From NCBI GenBank assembly GCA_016186645.1, contig JACPLF010000010.1, positions 10,269 to 74,268 on the forward strand: 64,000 bases of DNA, given 5' to 3'. The DNA is from Candidatus Levyibacteriota bacterium (GTDB taxonomy: Bacteria; Patescibacteriota; Microgenomatia; Levybacterales; UBA12049). A model generated the notes under the pieces. It was not told the DNA's origin, did no database searches, and worked only from the letters and a program-made list of their open reading frames with translations. Within the stretch, counting starts at the first letter, position 1, and every line of letters begins with the position of its first letter. This document shows positions 17,735 through 26,058 of this stretch, piece by piece. Made by a program: the position numbers and the translations under genes.

Positions 17735-17905
17735 CTTCGCAGAAAACCACGGGTTTACCCGTGGATGAATACACAAAAATGCTTCGGCGGATGTCGCCCA
17801 AATGGAGTAAGGCGGATAACCCTTCCGTAGTTCTGCATTGCAGAACGAAGGAGGGTATTATGGGAACAACGGCTTTAGCCGTGGGGCTCCATAAAAACCC
17901 ACACT
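17735..17905 (+). ncRNA. Candidate structured RNA of unknown class (GC-rich, multi-hairpin) inside the inserted segment upstream of rmlD
   Basis: Local GC well above the flanks. Hairpins: CCACGGGtttaCCCGTGG, GCttcgGC (UUCG tetraloop), CCTTCcgtaGTTCTGCattGCAGAACGAAGG, CGGCtttaGCCG. No convincing ORF. Strand uncertain. Confidence 0.25.
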
Positions 17906-17955
17906 TTTGACAATACACGTTTATGTATATTTTGAAAAGATGATATAATTTTGTA

Positions 17956-18840
17956 ATGAAGATTTTGGGGACGGGATTAGATGGACTTGTTGGATCAAGG
18001 ATTGTTGAGCTTTTGGGAGATAAGTACGCATTTGAAAACCTTAGTATCAGTACAGGTATAGATATCACCAACAGAGATGATGTTTTAGAAAAAGTAAAAA
18101 ATTCAGATGCTCAAATAGTCCTTCATCTGGCTGCAAAAACAAATGTAGACGGTTGTGAATTGGATAAGCCATTGGGAGAAAAGGGTGATGCTTGGAGAAT
18201 TAATGTTTGCGGAACGCAAAATGTAGTTGACGGATGTTTGCAAAGTAATAAAAAATTAATCTACATTTCCACAGATTTCGTGTTCGATGGCACAAATCCG
18301 CCGCTTGGGGGATATTCCGAAGAAGACATTCCAAATCCAATCAACTGGTACGCCAAAACAAAATATGAGGGGGAAAAAATCGTACAAAATTTAAAAACTC
18401 CTTGGATTATCGCTCGTATTGCATCTCCGTATAGGGCGATGTTTGAACGATTGGATTTTGCTCGGGCAATTCTTAAGAGATTGCAAGACGGTCTTCCTGT
18501 TGCCGGCGTTACAGACCATATTTTTACTCCAACATTTATTGACGATATTGTTGTTGCTTTATATACGCTTATTGAAAATAGTTCGCAGGGTATATTCCAC
18601 GTTGTTGGAAGCCAGAGCTTGACGCCTTTTGATGCCTCTCACTTGATAGCGAAAGAGTTTGATCTGGATGGGTCTCAGATAAGTCAAACCACGCGAACTG
18701 AGTTTTTTAATAATCGAGCACCTAGGTCTTTTCAACTGGCACTTAAAAATGATAAAATAGGAAAATTGGGAATTAAGATGAAGACATTTGAAGAAGGACT
18801 TAAAGAAATAAAATCTCAAATGTCAAAAAATAACTTATGA
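17956..18840 (+). CDS. rmlD: dTDP-4-dehydrorhamnose reductase
   Basis: MKILGTGLDGLVGSRIVELL...ISTDFVFDGTNPPLGGYSEEDIPNPINWYAKTKYEGE matches the RmlD substrate-binding family. Extended -10 TGATATAAT immediately upstream. Confidence 0.8.
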   Translation: MKILGTGLDGLVGSRIVELLGDKYAFENLSISTGIDITNRDDVLEKVKNSDAQIVLHLAAKTNVDGCELDKPLGEKGDAWRINVCGTQNVVDGCLQSNKKLIYISTDFVFDGTNPPLGGYSEEDIPNPINWYAKTKYEGEKIVQNLKTPWIIARIASPYRAMFERLDFARAILKRLQDGLPVAGVTDHIFTPTFIDDIVVALYTLIENSSQGIFHVVGSQSLTPFDASHLIAKEFDLDGSQISQTTRTEFFNNRAPRSFQLALKNDKIGKLGIKMKTFEEGLKEIKSQMSKNNL

Positions 18841-20129
18841 CAATAACTTTTGTAGGCCATGGATATGTAGGATTAGTTACTGCTTCTGTTTTTGCAGATT
18901 TGGGAAATACAGTTTGGGTTATCGGACACACACAGGAAAAGATAGAAAATCTTAAGAAGGGTATATTGCCAATCTACGAACCCGGACTTGAAGAGATTGT
19001 CAAGAGAAACGTTAAGGCAAAAAGACTCTTATTCACCTTGGAATATAAAGAAGCTATTCCCAATTCGGATGCTATTTTTATAGCAGTTGGTACTCCTCCT
19101 AAGCCAACAGGTGAAGCTGATCTGTCTGTCGTTTTTGAAGTTGCTCGTAAAATTGGAAAAAATCTAGAAGGCTATACAGTTGTAGTAACAAAAAGTACGG
19201 TGCCCGTTGGTACAAATAAAATAACAAAAGAAATTATCGAAACAGCAAAGCCTGAAGGGGCTACATTTGATGCTGCTTCCATTCCGGAATTTTTAAGAGA
19301 AGGACAAGCTATATCTGACACTCTTCATCCAGATAGAATTGTAATAGGGACAGACTCCAAAGAAGCAGAAAAGTTGTTGATCGAACTGCATGAGCCAATT
19401 GATGGAACTTATGTATTAACAAATATAGAAACCGCAGAAATGATTAAGTATGCAGCTAATTCATTTTTGGCAACAAAAATTTCTTATGCAAATGCAATAG
19501 CATATCTTTCAGAATTGACAGGAGCGGATGGATCAAAAGTTTTGGAAGCGGTAGGCTTGGATAAAAGGGTAGGAAATCAATTCTTGTTTGCGGGAGCAGG
19601 TTATGGAGGCAGTTGCTTTCCAAAGGACGTGAAAGCTATGATTGCTATTGCAAAAAAAGCCGGATACAATTTTTCACTTCTTAAAGATGTTGAGGAAATT
19701 AATCAGCAGGCAATATATGGAATTGTTGAAAAGGCAAAAGCACTGCTGGAAGGGAAAATAAAAGGCAAAACTATCGGAATACTCGGATTATCTTTCAAGC
19801 CAAATACAGATGATATGAGGGATGCTCCTTCGATTGCTATTATCGATGCCTTGCAGACAGAGGGCGCAAAAATAAAAGCATACGATCCTATTGCAATGAA
19901 TAATGCAAAACGAATACTTAAAAATGTTGATTTGCATCAAGATCCTTATTCTGCTGCTAAAGATTGCGACGTCTTAATTATAGTAACGGAGTGGAACGAA
20001 TTTAGACAGCTTGATCTACAAAAGTTAAAGAAAATTATGAAAAAGCCAGTTCTTTTGGATGGCAGAAATATTTACGAACCTCATAAATTAAGGGAAATGG
20101 GGTTTACATATACTGGAGTCGGCAGATAA
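18837..20129 (+). CDS. ugd: UDP-glucose 6-dehydrogenase (nucleotide-sugar dehydrogenase family)
   Basis: N-terminal GHGYVGL Rossmann, catalytic GAGYGGSCFPKDV, 430 aa. Confidence 0.85.
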   Translation: MTITFVGHGYVGLVTASVFADLGNTVWVIGHTQEKIENLKKGILPIYEPGLEEIVKRNVKAKRLLFTLEYKEAIPNSDAIFIAVGTPPKPTGEADLSVVFEVARKIGKNLEGYTVVVTKSTVPVGTNKITKEIIETAKPEGATFDAASIPEFLREGQAISDTLHPDRIVIGTDSKEAEKLLIELHEPIDGTYVLTNIETAEMIKYAANSFLATKISYANAIAYLSELTGADGSKVLEAVGLDKRVGNQFLFAGAGYGGSCFPKDVKAMIAIAKKAGYNFSLLKDVEEINQQAIYGIVEKAKALLEGKIKGKTIGILGLSFKPNTDDMRDAPSIAIIDALQTEGAKIKAYDPIAMNNAKRILKNVDLHQDPYSAAKDCDVLIIVTEWNEFRQLDLQKLKKIMKKPVLLDGRNIYEPHKLREMGFTYTGVGR

Positions 20130-20184
20130 TCCACGCCTAGACTATTGGCGGAATATAATCTAGAATAGAAAGAGATTTTATTTT

Positions 20185-21156
20185 ATGAAAAAAGCTTTAA
20201 TAACTGGGATTACAGGACAAGATGCATCATATCTTGCCGAGTTTTTGTTAAAAAAAGGATACAAAGTTTTTGGTACTACAAGAAGATCAAGCACGGTCAA
20301 TAATGAAAGAATTGAGCATATCCAGGACAAAATTACTATTTTGCAGGGAGATTTATTGGACCAAGGATCCCTTTCTTCAGCGCTTTTGGAGTCAGAACCT
20401 GATGAAGTTTATAATCTAGCAGCTCAATCTTTTGTCCAGACATCGTGGAATCAGCCGGTATTAACCGGAGAATTTACAGCACTTGGTGTGACAAGACTGT
20501 TGGAGGCAATAAGAACCGTAAATCCCAAAATAAAATTCTATCAGGCATCAAGCTCTGAAATGTTTGGCAAAGTGACAGAAACTCCGCAAAAAGAAACTAC
20601 AAGATTCCATCCAAGAAGCCCTTATGGAGTAGCTAAAGTGTATGGTCATTATATAACCATGAATTATAGGGAAAGTTTTGGTATTTTTGCCTGCTCAGGA
20701 ATATTGTTCAATCACGAGTCTCCAAGGAGAGGTTTGGAATTTGTAACAAGAAAAATAAGTAATGCAGTCGCAAGAATAAGTCTGAACAAGCAAAAGACTG
20801 TTGAGCTTGGAGCGCTGGAGCCAAAACGCGATTGGGGATTTGCAGGCGACTATGTTGAGGCAATGTGGCTAATGATGCAGCAAGACAAGGCAGATGATTA
20901 CGTAATTGCAACTGGTGAAAATCACGCTGTTTTGGAATTTTTGGATCTCGCTTTTAAAGCAGTTGGGATAAATGATTGGAGTGAATATGTTATTGCCAAC
21001 AAGACACCCCACATGAGACCCGCAGAAGTAGACTACCTGATAGGAGATGCTGCTAAAGCTCATAAAGTATTGGGCTGGAAGCCTAAGACAAGCTTTAAGC
21101 AGTTGGTTGAAATGATGGTTAAAGCCGATTTGGCAATGGAGAAAAAAGAAAAATAA
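20185..21156 (+). CDS. gmd: GDP-mannose 4,6-dehydratase
   Basis: [33 protein letters not shown]...NERIEHI is the classic GMD N-terminus; NHESPRRG. Confidence 0.85.
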   Translation: MKKALITGITGQDASYLAEFLLKKGYKVFGTTRRSSTVNNERIEHIQDKITILQGDLLDQGSLSSALLESEPDEVYNLAAQSFVQTSWNQPVLTGEFTALGVTRLLEAIRTVNPKIKFYQASSSEMFGKVTETPQKETTRFHPRSPYGVAKVYGHYITMNYRESFGIFACSGILFNHESPRRGLEFVTRKISNAVARISLNKQKTVELGALEPKRDWGFAGDYVEAMWLMMQQDKADDYVIATGENHAVLEFLDLAFKAVGINDWSEYVIANKTPHMRPAEVDYLIGDAAKAHKVLGWKPKTSFKQLVEMMVKADLAMEKKEK

Positions 21157-21160
21157 TGTT

Positions 21161-22120
21161 ATGCAGACAGTTTTGGTCGCCGGAGGAGCTGGATTTATTG
21201 GGTCTCATTTATGCAAGAGTTTATTAAACGAGAATTACAAAGTTATCTGCGTTGACAATCTCCTAACAAGCGAAGCAAAAAACATATCTTCTCTATTAGC
21301 TAAGCCAGATTTTAAATTTATAGAACAAGATATTAGCAAAGCCCTTGATAGTTTAGGTGATATATCAAATATTGATTATATGTTTCATTTGGCATCTCCT
21401 GCATCGCCTAACAAAAACAGTGCAAAAAGTTACATTAATTATCCAATCGAAACTCTTTTAGTTAATTCTGCTGGAACATACAATCTCTTAGAAATAGCCC
21501 TTAAATTTAACTCAAAATTTCTATATGCTTCTTCTTCAGAAATTTATGGCGACCCGGCAATGTCTCCTCAAAAAGAAGATTATTTTGGAAATGTCAATCC
21601 CAATGGAGTAAGATCTGTGTACGATGAGGCAAAAAGATTCGGGGAAGCGATGACTTTCGGGTTTATACGAAAGCATAATCTAGATGCTCGAGTTATACGC
21701 ATTTTCAATACGTATGGTCCCATAATGCTTCCAAATGACGGAAGAGTTATTTCTAACTTTATAAATCAAGCGATAAAAAATGAACCGATTACTGTCTACG
21801 GCACTGGAGACCAAACCAGAAGTTTTTGTTATATTGATGATATGGTTGAAGGAATAAAGCTTGCAATGTTCTCTTCAAATACAAAAGCAGAAGTTTTTAA
21901 TCTAGGAAATCCTGATGAAAGAAAAGTTCTAGACGTCGCAACATTAATTAAACAGATGACAAAGTCGACATCTAAAATTGTTTTTGAGCCTTTACCCACA
22001 GATGATCCCAAGACACGCAAGCCCGACATCTCTAAAGCCAAAAAAATTTTGGGATGGAAACCCAAAATATCAACCGAAGAAGGCTTTGCAAAAACAATAG
22101 AATATTTTAAGAGTATATGA
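21161..22120 (+). CDS. uxs: UDP-glucuronate decarboxylase (UDP-xylose synthase)-like SDR (alternatively ArnA-decarboxylase-like)
   Basis: VLVAGGAGFIGSHL, ASSSEIYGDPAMSPQKEDYFGNVNPNGVRSVYDEAKRFGE, RIFNTYGP: UXS/ArnA-C signatures. Confidence 0.75.
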   Translation: MQTVLVAGGAGFIGSHLCKSLLNENYKVICVDNLLTSEAKNISSLLAKPDFKFIEQDISKALDSLGDISNIDYMFHLASPASPNKNSAKSYINYPIETLLVNSAGTYNLLEIALKFNSKFLYASSSEIYGDPAMSPQKEDYFGNVNPNGVRSVYDEAKRFGEAMTFGFIRKHNLDARVIRIFNTYGPIMLPNDGRVISNFINQAIKNEPITVYGTGDQTRSFCYIDDMVEGIKLAMFSSNTKAEVFNLGNPDERKVLDVATLIKQMTKSTSKIVFEPLPTDDPKTRKPDISKAKKILGWKPKISTEEGFAKTIEYFKSI

Positions 22121-22231
22121 CCATCCTTCATTAAAATTACGGAAGGGTCATGCCGTCGAAGCTGAATAAAGTTTATAAAATGACCTAATTATGTTAAAAG
22201 TTTTACTTAAAGAAAGGATAAGCGAAGTGGC

Positions 22232-23473
22232 ATGAGAGTTGTTGTTATTACTGCTAGTTATAACGAAAAAGGCAATATAGAACGCCTTATTACGATACTT
22301 GAAGAAGAAGTTTTTCCAAAAATAAAAAATCATGAAATGAGCATTCTGGTTGCTGACGATAATTCTCCGGATGGAACTGGAGGAGAAGTTAGAAAATTAA
22401 TGAGAAAATGGAAAAATCTCCATATCTCAAGCGGAGAAAAAAAAGGACTAGGGGCAGCTTACATTAGGGGAATGACGCATGCAGTTGGAGAAATGGGTGC
22501 AGATGTCGTTTTTGAGATTGATGCAGACTTACAGCATGATCCGCATAAGATTCCAGAATTTCTAAAAAAAATAGATAGCGGATTTGATATGGTCGTAGGA
22601 AATAGATATAGTGACGGCGGTTCCATACCTCAAAATTGGCCATTTCTTAGAAAGATATTCTCTATAGTTGCAAATCTTTTTGTAAGGACAGTTTTTACAA
22701 AGTTTTCTGTTCATGACTGGACAGGTGGATATAGAGCCTTGAGACGCGAAGTATTTTTAAAGGAAAAAGATAAATTAACTAATTATAGAGGCTACATATT
22801 TCAGATTTCATTTTTGCATAAAGCCATAAGAGATGGATTTAGGATTGCTGAAGTTCCGTTTCATTTTAGCGACAGAACACTTGGAAATTCAAAAATTGCT
22901 TCCATGGGATACATAACAGATGTGGTTAGGTATGTTGTTTTTGCAAGAATCAAGGAGCTCAAGCGTTTTATAAAGTTTCTGATAGTTGGATCTACCGGAT
23001 TTATTCTCCAAATTTCAACACAAGAAATAGTAGTTAGGAGCGGATTTGCTTTAGTCTTAGCTCAATTTACCAGTCCAGTCCTTTTTACTCTAACAAAACA
23101 TCATGGAATGATTCCTCTGCGTGACAGTATTGGCGGGGGATTTGGCGCAGAGGCCGCGATCCTATCCAATTTTATGTTTAATAATTTCTGGACATTTAGT
23201 GACGCCAGAAAACTAAAAGAGAAATCCCCATTTTATATCAGAATTTTAAAGTTTAATTTGACCTCAGTACTGTCAATATTTATTCAGGCAGGTTCTATAT
23301 GGTTTTTTGTAAGATTACTTGGTGAAAGATTGATGATAATGGATTATTTTATTCCAACTCGAATCGTTGTAGTTGTCCCAACAATTATTTTTCTGGTAAT
23401 TCCATTAAATTATCTTATCTACAACAAAATTATTTGGAAGACACAATATCTAAAAAATGGGAAAACTACTTAA
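22232..23473 (+). CDS. Polyprenol-phosphate glycosyltransferase (GT2, Dpm1/ArnC/GtrB-like) fused to a C-terminal GtrA-like 4-TM domain
   Basis: VVITASYNEKGNIE, VADDNSPDGT, DADLQHDP (Dpm1/ArnC signature). C-terminal FLIVGSTGFILQISTQ... is GtrA-like. Confidence 0.75.
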   Translation: MRVVVITASYNEKGNIERLITILEEEVFPKIKNHEMSILVADDNSPDGTGGEVRKLMRKWKNLHISSGEKKGLGAAYIRGMTHAVGEMGADVVFEIDADLQHDPHKIPEFLKKIDSGFDMVVGNRYSDGGSIPQNWPFLRKIFSIVANLFVRTVFTKFSVHDWTGGYRALRREVFLKEKDKLTNYRGYIFQISFLHKAIRDGFRIAEVPFHFSDRTLGNSKIASMGYITDVVRYVVFARIKELKRFIKFLIVGSTGFILQISTQEIVVRSGFALVLAQFTSPVLFTLTKHHGMIPLRDSIGGGFGAEAAILSNFMFNNFWTFSDARKLKEKSPFYIRILKFNLTSVLSIFIQAGSIWFFVRLLGERLMIMDYFIPTRIVVVVPTIIFLVIPLNYLIYNKIIWKTQYLKNGKTT

Positions 23474-25013
23474 TCACAAAGAGAAGATAATTCTCTTTTT
23501 AATTCTTTTAGCTGCTGCTTTTTTCAGACTTTATCTCATCGAAGAGTATTTAACTTTTCTAGGGGATGAGGGAAGAGACGTATTGGTCGCTTATAAAATA
23601 TTGCATGGAGATTTAACTCTTCTTGGTCCTACAGCTTCTGTTGGGGGATTTTTCTTGGGACCAATATATTATTATTTTATGGCTCCGTTTCTTTGGCTTT
23701 TCAATTATAATCCAGTCGGTCCCGCAATAATGGTTTCTCTTTTTGGGATTGCAACGGTGATGCTTATTTATAAGGTTGGGAAAGAGTTTTTTGGGACAAA
23801 TACTGGGCTAATTGCAGCAGGATTATATGCCATTTCTCCCTTGGTTGTTACATATTCTAGATCCTCATGGAATCCAAACCCTATGCCATTCTTTTCACTT
23901 CTAACTCTTTATCTTATTTATAAAGCAGTAAAAAAGAACAATATAAAGCTTTTTATCTTGTCGGGATTTCTTTTTGGAATTACAATGCAACTTCATTATC
24001 TAGCCTTATTTTTAGGCGTTATTATTTTCGTTTACATATTATTAAATCACTTCGTATACTCCAGAAATAATTATATTTCAAAATCCATTAAAAATTATCT
24101 TTGGATATTCTTAGGTTTTATTATTGGATGGTCACCATTTTTGGCCTTTGAGGTTCGCCATGGATTCCCAAATATCATAAGTATTTTTAATTTCATACTT
24201 GCGTCCGGCGATACAGGGGGGAGTACTCAGTTTACGCCTACCCTTATTGATGTATTTTTTAGAATTTTCGGGAGATTAGTTGCTAATTTTCCAGAGCCAC
24301 AAAAAGTTGCTCTGGGAGCGCACTTGGATATGGCAATTTGGTATTATGCAGCATTTCTTTTGGGTATAGTAAGCGTTTGGTTTTTGATCAAAAGATTTAT
24401 TAAAGAATATAAATCTCGTTCTCCAGAATTTTCAAAGATAAGTCTTCTCGTAGTTTGGTTTATTTTGGGAGTCGGCCTTTTCGGATTTTACAAAAAATCT
24501 ATTTACGACTATTATTTTGGCTTTATGTTTCCATTGCCATTTTTTATTGTTAGTTTCTTTATTGTGAATCTATGGAAGAAAGGGATTGGAAAATTTGTAG
24601 CAATATCGATTCTACTGATTCTAATATGGCTTAACAGCTTAACCTTGCCTTTTAAAGCCTCTGCCAATAGACAGCTGAAGCAAGTAGAGGAGATTTCTAA
24701 ATTTGTGATTGATAAAGTAGATAATAAGCCATTTAATTTTGCACTAATTACAGGTGGAAATTCTGACCATGCATATCGTTATTTTTTTACCATTTGGCAA
24801 AAAGAGCCGGTAACAATTCAGAATGTTTCGCTTGATCCCAAAAGAACAACTGTTACAAATCAGTTACTTGTTGTTTGTGAAATTGTTCCTGATTGCCACC
24901 CATTGGGACACTCTGTTTGGGAAATAGCAGGTTTTGGTAGAGCAGAAATTGTAGAAGATTGGGACGTGTCAGTAGTCAAGGTCTTCAAGCTAGAGCATTA
25001 CAAGGGAAAATAA
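23457..25013 (+). CDS. GT-C family membrane glycosyltransferase (ArnT/PMT-like, GT83/GT39)
   Basis: Polytopic; N-terminal loop FLGDEGRDVLVAYKIL (Asp/Glu motif after TM1); 518 aa. Overlaps the upstream GT2 stop. Confidence 0.65.
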   Translation: MGKLLNHKEKIILFLILLAAAFFRLYLIEEYLTFLGDEGRDVLVAYKILHGDLTLLGPTASVGGFFLGPIYYYFMAPFLWLFNYNPVGPAIMVSLFGIATVMLIYKVGKEFFGTNTGLIAAGLYAISPLVVTYSRSSWNPNPMPFFSLLTLYLIYKAVKKNNIKLFILSGFLFGITMQLHYLALFLGVIIFVYILLNHFVYSRNNYISKSIKNYLWIFLGFIIGWSPFLAFEVRHGFPNIISIFNFILASGDTGGSTQFTPTLIDVFFRIFGRLVANFPEPQKVALGAHLDMAIWYYAAFLLGIVSVWFLIKRFIKEYKSRSPEFSKISLLVVWFILGVGLFGFYKKSIYDYYFGFMFPLPFFIVSFFIVNLWKKGIGKFVAISILLILIWLNSLTLPFKASANRQLKQVEEISKFVIDKVDNKPFNFALITGGNSDHAYRYFFTIWQKEPVTIQNVSLDPKRTTVTNQLLVVCEIVPDCHPLGHSVWEIAGFGRAEIVEDWDVSVVKVFKLEHYKGK

Positions 25014-25023
25014 ATGTCAAGAA

Positions 25024-25051
25024 AACCCCCCGAATAGTCGAGGGGTTTTTG
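25024..25051. terminator. Bidirectional rho-independent terminator
   Basis: aaaaCCCCCCGAatagTCGAGGGGttttt: T-run on the top strand and A-run on the 5' side, so it serves both convergent genes. Confidence 0.55.
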
Positions 25052-25103
25052 CTGTGTTCTTGAGGGAATAATTTCTACTCTCTCAAGAAAAATTCCCAAA
25101 CAA

Positions 25104-25247
25104 TTTAGGCTTTTCCAATTCTGTACATTCCTGTTCCACAAACTGGACATTTACCTTTCATTGCTGGTTTGCCATTTTTCATCGTAACTGCTTGAGCACT
25201 TGGATCTTCTCTCTTTGCTCTGCATTTTACACAATACATTGATGCCA
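25104..25247 (-). CDS. Small zinc-ribbon protein (2x CxxC), unannotated in the ORF track (<60 aa)
   Basis: MASMYCVKCRAKREDPSAQAVTMKNGKPAMKGKCPVCGTGMYRIGKA. Strong RBS GAAGGGGGGTGA 7 nt upstream of the ATG. Confidence 0.45.
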
Positions 25248-25269
25248 TATTCTTTCACCCCCCTTCGTT

Positions 25270-25542
25270 TTAATAATTTAGATTTGGTATTAATAAAACC
25301 TGTTTTTTTAAAAGGAAGAAAAGGATTATTTGTAAACCGATAAGAATTAAAGTTAAAATTAACGTTTTTGAAACATCACGAAAGACATAGGAGTATGAGG
25401 CAGTATCGTTATAAACGATTGTTGTAGGATAATTATTTTTTAAGGAAAAAATATTTTTCTTTTCCAAAGAATAAACCTGACGATTGAAGTCTGCAATAAT
25501 TTTTTCTTGGCGGGTCTTTTTATACTTACTCATCGATAGCAA
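25270..25542 (-). CDS. Hypothetical tail-anchored protein
   Basis: 90 aa ORF with C-terminal TM; no SD or other support. Confidence 0.25.
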   Translation of the reverse strand: MLSMSKYKKTRQEKIIADFNRQVYSLEKKNIFSLKNNYPTTIVYNDTASYSYVFRDVSKTLILTLILIGLQIILFFLLKKQVLLIPNLNY

Positions 25543-25593
25543 AAGACTACACTATTGACAGCGAGCTTGTCAAGAGGCTAAGATATTAATACT

Positions 25594-26052
25594 ATGGACT
25601 CCAATTTTCTCCTGTTTTCTTTTTTTGTGATTTTTCTATGGCTTTCTATTATTACAATATTCCTTTGGAAAGCTTTGTCTCATTACAATAAATTGGGCAA
25701 AGGATTGACGGAAAAAAATTTTAAATCAATAATGGAAAATCTTTTGAAAGACGTAAGTACTACCGAAAAAGATATTGATTATTTAAAATCATATTGTGAT
25801 AAAATACAAAAAGAAGGTCTTTTGCATATTCAAAAAATAGGCCTGGTTCGTTTTAACCCATTTACAGATACGGGCGGAGACCAAAGTTTTATCTTATCGT
25901 TGGTTGATGGAAATGATACAGGAGTTATAATATCAGGATTATACGCTAGGTCGGGAACAAGATGGTATGCAAAAAGAGTGATAAAAGGGAAGTCTTCAGA
26001 CCATGAATTGTCCGATGAAGAGCAGAAAGCTCTCAAAGAAGCAAAGAGTTAG
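25594..26052 (+). CDS. Hypothetical membrane-anchored protein (DUF4446-like)
   Basis: N-terminal TM, then IGLVRFNPFTDTGGDQSFILSLVDGNDTGVIISGLYARSGTRWYAK. Promoter TTGACAgcgagcTTGTCAAG palindrome upstream. Confidence 0.45.
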   Translation: MDSNFLLFSFFVIFLWLSIITIFLWKALSHYNKLGKGLTEKNFKSIMENLLKDVSTTEKDIDYLKSYCDKIQKEGLLHIQKIGLVRFNPFTDTGGDQSFILSLVDGNDTGVIISGLYARSGTRWYAKRVIKGKSSDHELSDEEQKALKEAKS

Positions 26053-26058
26053 TAGGTT

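Noticed and set aside
17850-17900. GGGCUCCAUA decamer resembling the P4 region of RNase P RNA
   Set aside because: None of the other universally conserved RNase P elements (GGAAAGUCCGG, AGGGUGAAA, ACAGAACCCGGCUUA) are present, and the region is too short for a type-A RNase P RNA.
17727-18071. 114-aa minus-strand ORF spanning the GC-rich region and the rmlD start
   Set aside because: It overlaps the well-supported rmlD start and the promoter. The translation lacks any motif, and the region is better explained as structured non-coding sequence.
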